Assembly: GCA_963924565.1 (NCBI GenBank)
Contig: OZ004607.1
Location: 23,932,001-23,996,000 of the forward strand
Direction: 5' to 3'
Source of the DNA: Ascidiella aspersa
Lineage: Eukaryota
Length of the DNA: 64,000 bases
In this document: piece after piece, positions 13,001-24,327 of the stretch
How positions within the stretch are numbered: position 1 is the stretch's first letter
Layout: every line of letters begins with the position of its first letter
Position numbers and translations under genes: made by a program
The notes under the pieces: generated by a model
What the model was told of the DNA's origin: nothing
Seen by the model: only the letters and a program-made list of their open reading frames with translations
The model's database searches: none

Positions 13001-16000
13001 TTTACATACTAAACCAGGGGTAGGCAACCGTTTTCCAGTCACAGGCCAAAACCAAACTCAGCAAGGTTTGGTAGCCACAATAAATTTCTACTAAAAATTT
13101 TGTTGTTAAAACTTATGGTTTTTAGGCAGTATGATATAGTTTCTCTCAATCGGGAGTTAATGCAAAATTTGCCTATTATATTCAGGAAAATAAAGGTCAA
13201 TATAATACATTTTAAAATCATTTTTGAGGTTATAGTCTTAATAAAGGCACAAAAACAGTGCACTTTTCTTAGGATTTGGAGAGGTGTTACCAATGTTATA
13301 TTAGCCATACCGTAACATTGTTAAAAATGCATGAATGCTGTTATTTCACGAGAAATGCATGTTTAAAAAATTGAGAGCCCCTGGGGATCCATGGTTAAAA
13401 AGAGAAGGCTGTAGCATAAATATTTAGGGGAGCATAATAAATTTAATTGTTTGTCTTATTTTTGGTGTAATTTGAGTAGGGCCAATACACTTTTAATGTT
13501 AGGCTGTGTCACATTTGAAACCTGCAAATTATTCAAGCAACACCTGAGAAAATATTTATATAGACTACAGTGTCAAAAACTTTCATTGTTCAGAGTTGGT
13601 ATGCATGACGCCTTTCGGCTGAGATTATTCGCGCTAACTAACCACCAAGTCAAATAAGTTTAGAAATTTTTCGGGGTCATATAGCCAAAATATATGGAGC
13701 ATTGCTTCTTGCGTAATTTGCAAAAAGGCCGCAAACCAGATGATTTACTTCGGTGGGGTGGATCTGGCACGCTGGCCGTAGGTTGTCCACCCCTGTACTA
13801 AACCATGCTTTGCTATTGAGATTTATTTGTTCTACATAAATTCAAAATAAATAATTAAATAATATTGTGCAGAACTATAACCTGTTTGTGGAAATCAATT
13901 TGGATGCCCTTTGACCTAAAAAGATTCAACAAAACAATTGTTACAGTTTATTAAATAGGATTTATGAGAGGATTATTTTCTGATTAATCCCAGTTTGTAA
14001 ACTTTAAATCACTTTTTTAGTATTGCAGAAGAAGAAGAGGAGAAATCAAATGAGAATGTCGGCCTTGATCAGTTTTTGACTAAATATACTAGTGAGGATA
14101 ACCAATCATTTGAGGGTATAATGGATCGGTATGTTTAAAATTTTGTTATACATTTCTTCAATAAAATTGTAAAATTTAGAAAGTAGGGCTATAGATCAGT
14201 AAAACACAACCAAAGTCTAAAAAAAATTGAGTCCAGATCCTATTCTAAGGTGTGTGTTTCACCCATTCACTTAGGGTTGATATGGATATACAGCAATTCA
14301 TCAAAGGGATCACACAGCTCAGTTACCCGCAATACAGGTTTGGGAACTATTCCACTCTATTTCCACCTTTACAATTTGTGGCCTTATCATTTTCGAAACT
14401 GGTACTGCACAAGCACGAATGGACACAGGACTGCATAGTCATACTAGGCTTATTCAAGTCCAGAATCTGACTCTAATCAATTCACACAGCCCTGCCAGAA
14501 AGACACTATTGATTTAGATGTTCGTATTTTCCTGTCTAAAGTGTAACATTGTTGAATAATTATTGTACAGCGCAGAACAAGCCAAGCGTGAGAAACATGC
14601 ATGGTTGTATGAAGCAGAACAAGAGCATAATGATACAACAAACAAAATACTGCAACTTGATGGTGGAGGTTCATCAGTACTTGCAATAACTGATGGCTCA
14701 GCTGTGGTATGTTACTGCTCTACCTTGTTTTGTAAAAATGTTACAGTTTTGATATATAATTGCAAAGCTTGTTTGCAATTTTTCATACACATGCTTTCGA
14801 TATTGAAATGTATTTAGAAGAGTTGGTATTGCTGTTTCTAGATAAAAGAAACAGGCCCTCGCAGTTTGTATGAGACAGAAGCAGAGCGAATGAACAAACC
14901 AATTCACACCTGGAAGTACAAAAACAAGAATCATCTAATGTATTATCCAGAAGGTCAACATCCTTTATTATTCATACTCTGTTTTGGTAATATAGATATA
15001 TTTTACTTTGTGTTGGTATACTCTGTTTTAGTCATATAAATATAATTTATGTCAAATTCATTCAAAATAAATTTGTAATATCGGGCCTTTGTTTTTAGGA
15101 ATCGATGATACCCAGGACAAAGTTTTTAAAAAGCCTCGTTTAATTGAACACAAGAATACTCGCTTTAATGCGGATGTTCACAAGAATGACGTAAGCCACG
15201 CCAAGATGGCACTGGCTGCATTTGAAAACAAGTCACTTTCTGGCGAAAAAATCGGCTTGGATGGCAAGTCGATCATTCCTCTCGAATCTCCAAGGGTGGG
15301 AGGTTATGGTTTTGTGGCAACACCTTCTCCAGTGCCAGGTATGTATTCTTGATTGCACCTATTAAAGGTTTCCTTTGCGACAATCCTGCTTACCATTACT
15401 CTATAGCAGCTGTTCCTAAACTGGGGTCCGCGGACCAATTAGGGTTCGGACAGCAGTTTCAGAGGAGATTTAGTCTATGATTGAAAAAGTTTTTCAACAT
15501 TAGGCTTTTGAGAATGTTTTTTTAAACATTATTTGTCATCATTTTTGTCTTTAGTTATGCTTTATTACTCGATAATATAGCGTGTTTTATAATGTCTCTT
15601 GTGACATTATAGAGCAGTGGTTCTCAACCTTTCGTGCCTCGTGGCCCCCTTCGATTATAAAAAATGACTAAAATTGTGTTTAACGTTACACTTATTTTAT
15701 TTCACCACTTTGTTAAAAAACACTTCAATTGGAGGAAAGCCAACGAATGAATAAATTAATTGAAAACCGAAATCAGGTGACGTCGCTTCCTGATCGAATC
15801 GTACTTTTTTAGCAGAAATAAAATCGGCGGCATCATTCTTTTTTGGGGGATGCTTTTTATCGCCGTGATTTTTAAGTTTGGAGTGTCGTAATGACGCATT
15901 TAGCATCACCACCGAGCAGTGCAGACACTGCGCACAATCATGGCCGTCTTGTCTAACTTTTGTAAAGCCAAAAAAAACTTGACTCTCGCACCATTTGCAA

Positions 16001-18104
16001 ATTTTCGACATTTTTAAACGTTTCAAAGAGAAACTGAGTAAACTAGAAAATCAAAAATGTTGGTTGTATGTGACGTAACAATGTTTGGCAATTAGGCGAG
16101 CAGACAAGCTTGACGTCGACTGTTGCACTTCTCACGAAAAGCAAATAGTAATGTGTAAGAAAAAGTGCGTTACAATTGGTCAAAGAAGGTTTAACACTAC
16201 AAGTTTGAGATTAACTAATACAAATTAAAAATAGTGTTACGGGTTTTGCAATACCACAACATTGCTACAGACTTATGCTCGTGGCCCCCCAGGGGGGCCG
16301 AGGGCCACTGTTGAGAAACCCTGTTATAGAGCATCTATTATGCTGTACTACCTGCTATCAGCGAATCGTTCGTATTATTTAGAAAGTTGTTACATTAGAA
16401 AGAATCTTGACTGCACTAGCGTACTACAAGAAAAATTATATCAAAATAATTGCAATTGCCCAGCAGGCAAAATTTTTAGAAAAGTTTACTGCGCTATAGC
16501 CATGCCTAAAACTAACTTTCCGATATGGTTTACAGGAGTCAACCAATCGCCATTGATGACATGGGGTGAGATTGAAAGTACCCCGGCAAGGGTGGATGCC
16601 CGCACCCCGGGCCCCTCGTTCAGGTTCCCTGAAGACAGTGAGAGAGACAAACTCATCCACAGAATGGTTGATGAAAACACAAAGAAAAAGAGGTTATTCT
16701 TGTAACGCATTTAACATAATACATGGACAGCAAAGTGTACATAAATAAGCAAATTGTTTACCAAAACAATGCGATTTAACCATATTTAAAAAAAGGTTTT
16801 GTTAACCCCTAAAACCCCTCGCCTAGCATCTGGTTAAGAAAACATTGATTTAAATAACTGCTGTATGTCGCTATCCAATGTTAGCTTGACCGTTCAAAAC
16901 CTACCTGTAGTGTAGAAAATGGCATTATTTTTTCATGTTACGTAACTTTGCACGCTAGCTGAAGTTATTTTTTTCAGGAAAAAAGGCTGTTTTGACAATA
17001 CTAAATTTCCCACAGGGCAAAGAAAGACGCCGCCTTAAAGCAAATGAAGGCGAGTGTGCTTGGCACGCCCAAGAGTGGTTCGATCATGAGCTCAGAACGC
17101 ATTAACACCCTCTCGCCTGCCGCAAGGAGACTCGTTAACAGGAAGTTTAACCTGGGTATGTGCTTAGCTAAAAGGAAAACGTTTTTTGAGGATTTCAGAT
17201 TTTTTTATTATAAGATCTGTAGAACACAAATCGAATCAAAGTAGCATTAGATATTTTCGCCGTTTTATTTTCTTGCTTTTACCGTCTCAGCCAACATTAT
17301 GTTACAGTTTGGAGAGCAATTAGGTGTTTGTCTGAGGTAAGAGTGAACATCTCAAAACAGACTAGTTTTCTTAAGCCGTGCCGTTTTTGCATCACAACCT
17401 TTGTTATGGCCGATTTACTTCGCCTCCTCAAAGAAGGCACCTGGGTTTCCCTTAGGATTGGTATCGATTATTATAGAACAACGAAACAATATTATTTAAC
17501 TCTTTGAAGAACAAAATCATAAAATAAATGTGGTTGAACTACTTTAGGGTTAAATAAATTTAAAACAATGGTGTTACGTTTTTATTTGTCTGGGTGTACT
17601 TTGTGAGGTAATGCCGCGTATAAACCCTACGCAAGGTAACGCAATACACCTGGCGTACTAGCGTTAATAAGTTCACTTTAAATTTGTTGTTGGATTGCGT
17701 TGTAGGCAAAACTACATTGGTATGTTGCCCAAGTAAATTGAATACTCCTTATTGCGTAGGAACGGACAAGGCGCTTAAGGCAAGTTACACACCGACACCT
17801 TCTCATCGTGGAAGAGGAAACGGCGCTGATACACCCATTGCAAAAACACCCACTCCGAATTCTCGAAAAACCCCAAAGGTTTGTATTTCTGTTCAATTGT
17901 TTGAAACTTCTTTAGGGTAAATTTTAAGAATATTTTTGTTCCTTGATGTTTTTGACATATTGCTGAAGAGAACCACGCGTATAACCTATACACAATGCCC
18001 ATACCATTTTTTGTTTTGCTCAGAGTACACCCGATTGCAGTATTACCGACAACTTGCTCAACATACCGAGTAAAACTCGAAAGTCGGCTGCCGATTTCTT
18101 CTGA
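10036..18104 (+). CDS. ESS2: Splicing factor ESS2 / DGCR14 homolog (multi-exon)
   Basis: Exons encode ILNEESYTE|NVEKIIVRDFFPDHEHLKDQKEYLEAEE, GLDQFLTKYTSEDNQSFEGIM, HTWKYKNKNHLMYYPEG, SPRVGGYGFVATPSPVPG, SPLMTWGEIESTP, LSPAARRL, and C-terminal SITDNLLNIPSKTRKSAADFF*. GT-AG introns. Confidence 0.93.
10880..11805. mobile_element. Probable non-autonomous Helentron/HINE-like (DINE-1-like) element in ESS2 intron 1
   Basis: One end has a short GC-rich hairpin-like motif (GGCCGCGAAGCGGCT). The other has CATGTGTCC-A/T-run palindrome-GGGCCACATAATAAT. Internal sub-repeats (CTATAA.TTGTCTTTATAATTGAAAA at ~10690 and ~11171). An 18-bp tandem duplication lies beside the left end. Confidence 0.4.
13015..13795. 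mobile_element. hAT MITE in ESS2 intron
   Basis: TIRs CAGGGGTAGGCAACC / GGTTGTCCACCCCTG; 8-bp TSD TACTAAAC. Confidence 0.9.
15615..16323. mobile_element. hAT MITE in ESS2 intron
   Basis: TIRs CAGTGGTTCTCAAC / GTTGAGAAACCCTG; 8-bp TSD TTATAGAG; subterminal CTCGTGGCCCCC repeats. Confidence 0.9.
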
Positions 18105-18846
18105 CTCACTTGTGCCCACGTACGACGGAGAGTGTCTATAACACCAAACAAGCTTATGTAGGACGAGGAGGTTGCTGAAGTGTGATGAAAGAACTATAAA
18201 AAACTTCTTATTACAGGATTGAGATACTAATGATCGTAGAGAGTTAAAAACTCTTTGTGCGGCTCAAAATAACGCAAAGTTTGATCGTCTGATTGGATGC
18301 ATAATCTTCTGCGCAAACTGTGTGTTGATTGGCCGTGAATAAATACTATTCAAGTTTCAAATCGCCTTAATGTTCGCCGATGAATAACATACATAACGCA
18401 AATGCACATGAAAGGAGAACTAACGCTGTGTACATGGCAAAACGAAGCAGACATTTATTATTGCTCTTAGTCCGTCAAGTTTACCAATTTCATGGTTTAT
18501 CGTTTTACTTTTTATATCAGTAAATAACTTTGAGATTACTTGATTGCTCTAATAATGACTTAACTTGGGCAACTGCTGATGACTTGGACTGTGGACTTGA
18601 CGTTGACTTACGTTATTTCACAAATGACTTGTTTACAACACTTTTGATGTATCTCCTTTTCTAAAATATTATTTTAAATTTACAGTCAAACTTGTGTCCT
18701 AGTGTTTTAAGGTTTCTTATGTGTATGCCCCTAAACAATATTAAGTTCTCCAATTTAAATAAACTCGGATAAAATATTTTATTTACACCATGGTGTACTC
18801 CGCAAAGTGTGATTTTGAGATATTTTTTAAACTGTATATTGGGTGG

Positions 18847-21800
18847 TCAAACGTAGCTTCGAACAGACTCCTCATCTTGATCGGGATCTCTCAACCGAAC
18901 TTGTCTGAATGGTATCTTTTCACCTTCGCTGGAGTATTCTGTGACAAAATACTTCAGCTAAAACAAAGTAATTGTATGGCCGCCTGTTAACATGTTATAG
19001 GCCACATAAAACGTAGGTTTTGCAATAATCTGTTTTAATATAACTCAGTGAGAAATGCACAAAAATGTATTCAATTTTACACAGTTTCTTAAATTTGAGT
19101 TTAGATATATCTTTTTGGGCAATAACATTAGACTATAATGTTAACTTTTTGTTTGTCAGCATTTCGTTAACCATATTGTGGGTACGAAACTCACTGGCAG
19201 GCATGTTTATAGGAACAGACACGGTAGGAAAGGAGAGCCTTTTGACACTGGTATCAGGGAAGTTCTGTATTGTGGTAGGCGGAAATGGAAAATCAGGAGA
19301 AGGACGAAGTTGCACTGTGGCAGGTTTCCTCTTTCTGAAAGAGTTTATGTTAGCATAAGAAAAAACACATCTCGCTAGTTACATACTATTACACCAGAAA
19401 TGGTCGTAAGCATTTTGCATAAAACCTTATGTTAAAAGAAAAACTAATTACGGTAATGTACGCTTTTATGTTGGATGGAGAAAAGCGGTGGGCCTGCCAC
19501 GACAAGATATTATTATGGGTTTTGCACACAGTAGTTCGATACCTTTTAAGTGCTGGTTTCGCGCAGTTTACTCCCGCCTTCATCGTCAGCAACACAAGCT
19601 CAAGCCCAGATATAACAAAGCAAACGGCACTGAGAATGTTCATGTACCGGAGCAACACCGTCTTTTCCTAGAGATTAAAGGTGGAACTCGGTTGTAAGTC
19701 CAGTCGTGAACAACCAGATTTTCGTTACCATAATGATAACGTGAGACCTTTGTCGACACCAACAGATTTTACACTACAAATTGTCTCTGTATTTTTGTGG
19801 TGACATTTTGTAGATGTAAACATTTTCGTAATTGGCATACACAATTCACATATATTTTTTTCTAAAAAATGTAAACATTATTTTGCCGGTATTCATAAAA
19901 AATGCATCTCTTAACATTTTAACCTTAGCGAATTGTTTCAGTATAAAGCATCTCTAATCCGAGCTAGTTTTCTGGTCGGTGGTAGTTCCATAACCAAATA
20001 ACTATTTCACTAATTTCGTTGCAAATTTGCTTATTGAAAATTGGTTAAAAAGCATTTTTTTATAAGGTCGTGAAAACAAGTGCTTTAGATTAAACCTACA
20101 ATTATGCTGAAGTTTGCTAATTAGCCGCAACAAACTACAAAGGGTTGGCGTCGCATTTTTCGCCCAACACAAAAACTAAAGCTTATCCCAATACGCCTCA
20201 CTGATACTTACAAATGGCCTTGAGACAAAACAGGGTATGAAACCGTTATCGTATTGGCCATGAGAGAGGCAGGCCGTTGACAGCACATCGCCACCTTTGA
20301 TTCTGCAATTGAAGCCGCCGTTTACTCGCAACCAGAGGAAGTGAAGAGGGTTGCTTTCGCCGTTACAAGCCGCGTCGCCCTCGCACCAAGGGTTCTGTCA
20401 TACAAATTCCATTAAATGTTTGTTGGTTTTTTAAGTTAACTTTGGTTTGTTTGTTTTGTCACACCATACCTCATGATAGAATAATTGATAACTGAAAAAC
20501 AGAAACACGGCTTCCACGCCCATCCGCAGGACGACACTGCAGTAGTAGGCCAGGCGAACCTTGTTAGTGAAGAGCACCTGATGTTTAAAAAACATATACA
20601 CGTGTGTCAAGCGGGCATCTTAAGAAAGTAACAACAACAAAAACGTGAATATGCAAATACCAAAAATATTCGCTTTCGATTCCTGAGATCGCAAAATAGT
20701 AACCGAAAAAATTGCAATAATGTTTTTTCTGCATGGTCCCTTATATTTTTTTCATAACAAATGGATTTTTAACGTTATATGAATAACGGTCAGGCCAGCA
20801 GCGTTGGAAATGACGCGAGGTGACACATATAATGTCACTTTATAATGGAGGTTTTAGTACCGGCACAACATAAAGTGAATGTATTTATTTATATCATTTC
20901 TAAATAATGTAAACTTCCGGTCCTACCTCTTTAAGCTCGTTCTCTGCGTATATCTTTCGTACTTTGATGTCTCCAATTGATTCCCTTCTTTTTATCAGCT
21001 TGCGGAAATCTTTGTCGCAAATCGAATTTCCCTGTTAAATGTTGTTTATAAAATAGAATTGCAAAATGGTATAAATAGGAAAAGTCAAATTAATTTTTAG
21101 AAGATGATAAAAACAATGGAAGTTTTAGTATGTTTTTAGTTGAAATTTATTGCAATCTGTAAATTTGTAAACCATAGCCTACCGATAGTCTAAGTTTTTC
21201 CATTTCTCCATCGTCAATGCATTTCAACTGGTTTTCTGTTCGCTTTAGTTTTTCTATTTCACCGGAAACAAACTTTGCATAAAAGTGAAAGAAAACCGTC
21301 GGCGCAAGCACGGCTAATAACTGAAAAAAAAATTACAAAGATTATAACAGGGTTGCGAAGTCGATTAAAAACAACCCGAATTCGAGGGAAGTTCTATGAC
21401 TCATCCACCCACAATACGTGGTTGAAAAATATTATACCATATTGCATTCCACCTTGCCATTTACAGCGTGCGACCTTATCGGTTCGAAGTTTTAGTTGGT
21501 ACTCCGGTAGCTCAATTAGGCCTACTCATTTTCGAAGTTCAACTTATTCGTACAGGTTTGAGAATGAAATGATTTAGGTAAATCACTGCGTGCAAGTTAA
21601 TCCCTTTGATCCAGGGATTTTCAAAACTCTTTTAGGTGCCTACCCGAGTCCCGACCTATCTGCATGTATGGCATACACCCAGGTCAGGATCCAGAATTGT
21701 TGTTTAAGGTGGGTCATGCATTTTTCAGGAATGGCGTTTCAAACTTACGGTTTAAGATGACCTCATAAAACATTTAATCCATAAAAATGTGTTGTTCTCA

Positions 21801-22886
21801 AGCGAACTCCTACGCAAAATGTGAATACAAAAGCGCAAAATATAGTGCCTTTTGAAAACAAGTACTCTTTTTAATGGCAACACTTCAAATCAAAAAGATG
21901 TGTTTTTTACTAGAAATGACGTTAGTTAGGACACTTAATTCCGACCAACAAGCATTCAATATTGTTTGTAATTAAAATTGGAACTACGTCGTCGTCGTTT
22001 ATCTAAATGTGTTTTTGTTGCCGTCTGGTAGAACCTGGGTTCCGTAGTTGTTTAAAAATAATATAAGTGGAACATACAAATGTGAAGGGTAATGTTATTC
22101 TTTTTAAAAAAAAAAAAAAGTGAGAAATGGAATATTTGTTCATTTTATTTTTAATGTTACGCAGAAGAGACTGGATACATTAAATTAAGGTATGTTATTA
22201 TGCTTTTTTATGTTGTTGCGCCATGTTTTACCAAACATATTTCCCCCCCACCAAGTCCTATTAATAGAAAAAATCTACAGTAAATTTATTATACCACTGT
22301 GAGGCGGGGATATGGTTAACAAACATTTTGGACACTTTTTTATGTCATTTTTTAATGGTAAATGGATTTTTTAAACTAGTTTATTCAGCCTATAAGAATA
22401 GTGGGTGTAAGAACGGCGGTGCTTTTATTTACCTGAAAGGACCAAAATCTAAGATGTGAAATCTTCGCAAACTTGTCGTAGCACAAGTTAGTGCAACCGA
22501 CAATCTTTGTACTACATTTAAACTGCGACTGTTCGTCCGAGTAAACTGAAAATAGATAGTTTAAATTTCAAAACTTAGTTAACAACAGATCTTTAATTTA
22601 ATTAATGCATCTTTACCTGAGCTTCCAATGGTTGCTACAACGATTAGGCGAAATACAAAGATTATGATGTAGTAGAGTTGACCCAAAAATGTAGAATGTC
22701 TGCCGACCTAATAATTTACAACAGTTTGTATTAGCCTACCTATGCTAGATTTACAAAATAACGCTAAAACAATACTGACCGAGAAAACAACCAAGTAAAC
22801 CATTTACAGGAACACCAAAATCCCAGCAGTTGTTTAATATTGAACGAACAAACCTGATCCGAAATCTTTTCTAGGGTATTCCACAT
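18847..22886 (-). CDS. Connexin (gap-junction protein), 10 coding exons
   Basis: Spliced translation: MWNTLEKISDQ|VGRHSTFLGQLYYIIIFVFRLIVVATIGSS|VYSDEQSQFKCSTKIVGCTNLCYDKFAKISHLRFWSFQ|LLAVLAPTVFFHFY...|...LAYYCSVVLRMGVEAVFLFFSYQLFY|...PCFVSRPF|EKTVLLRYMNILSAVCFVISGLEL...|...DEESVRSYV*. Canonical E1 C-x6-C-x3-C and SRPxEKT signatures. Confidence 0.93.
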
Positions 22887-23199
22887 CATTCAGCAGCTGA
22901 TGAGCGTTTTAGGCCAGCTTAATCCTTGTGATTTTTCTTCAAAACTCTTAATTTGTTAACACAACCCGTCTACAATTTCTCAAGTAACAATTTGATTTTT
23001 AAGCGTGTTACGCAACAGTCGCAAACAATTGGTTTTATCTGTCACAAATGCTTTAGCGACCAAAATTTCTCAGTAATGCGCCTTGCTTTTGGTTTGCGGC
23101 AGTCGATAAGGAAATGGCAACGGCAGCGTTTTTCTGAAGTGAATTAGAGAAAATGTGGGAGCGAAATTTAGGTTCGTATCAGGACTAAGCAGCGCACAC

Positions 23200-24135
23200 T
23201 ACAATTGCGATTTGAATAAGAAAATAGACCGTCACGTTAAACTCGCTGCTTTACCTACCAACCCTAGTGATACTATTTTGTCTACCAAAGTAGTGCACAA
23301 AAATGACCAGTTTTCCCAATTTATATAGTATAAAATCTTTACATAGCAAGTTTAACAATATTCTGCTTTACACCAGTCTGCAGGGATATTTTACCTGGAT
23401 GTGTTTTGTACGCTCACCTGAGAGCCCGGACTATACTTAAATCTGAAGGGCGTTTTTATGTCATCCGTTGGTCTATCAACAATTATAAACATTATTTAAA
23501 CGTTATTTTTTTTACAATTGCGATTTGAATAAGAAAATAGACCGTCACGTTAAACTCGCTGCTTTACCTACCAACCCTAGTGATACTATTTTGTCTACCA
23601 AAGTAGTGCACAAAAATGACCAGTTTTCCCAATTTATATAGTATAAAATCTTTACATAGCAAGTTTAACAATATTCTGCTTTACACCAGTCTGCAGGGAT
23701 ATTTTACCTGGATGTGTTTTGTACGCTCACCTGAGAGCCCGGACTATACTTAAATCTGAAGGGCGTTTTTATGTCATCCGTTGGTCTATCAACAATTATA
23801 AACATTATTTAAACGTTATTTTTTTTACAATTGCGATTTGAATAAGAAAATAGACCGTCACGTTAAACTCGCTGCTTTACCTACCAACCCTAGTGATACT
23901 ATTTTGTCTACCAAAGTAGTGCACAAAAATGACCAGTTTTCCCAATTTATATAGTATAAAATCTTTACATAGCAAGTTTAACAATATTCTGCTTTACACC
24001 AGTCTGCAGGGATATTTTACCTGGATGTGTTTTGTACGCTCACCTGAGAGCCCGGACTATACTTAAATCTGAAGGGCGTTTTTATGTCATCCGTTGGTCT
24101 ATCAACAATTATAAACATTATTTAAACGTTATTTT
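23200..24135. repeat. Tandem triplication, 3 x 313 bp
   Basis: Unit ACAATTGCGATTTGAATAAG...TTTAAACGTTATTTT starts at 23201, 23514 and 23827; no differences seen between copies. Confidence 0.95.
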
Positions 24136-24327
24136 ATATAAATTTTTGTTTTAATATTGTTATTTTTTGGATAAACAGGACTTGGATTTTTTAAGGTTGG
24201 TATTGGACATCTGCCTATAGTAGGCTACTTCTGTGATATTTCTAAATAGGACAATTTGCGACATTGGTAAGTTTATTAAAAGTACACATACACGCAGGCA
24301 AATTTTAATATCTACAAGAATTTATCT

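Noticed and set aside
16262-16705. 147-aa ORF as a stand-alone gene
   Set aside because: Chimera of a MITE end, intron sequence and one ESS2 exon.
22897-22935. CTGATGA near the connexin start as a hammerhead
   Set aside because: No stem II followed by GAAA and no TSD.
23200-24135. CRISPR array or retrozyme-type tandem repeat
   Set aside because: No unique spacers, eukaryotic context, and no hammerhead core found on either strand of the unit.
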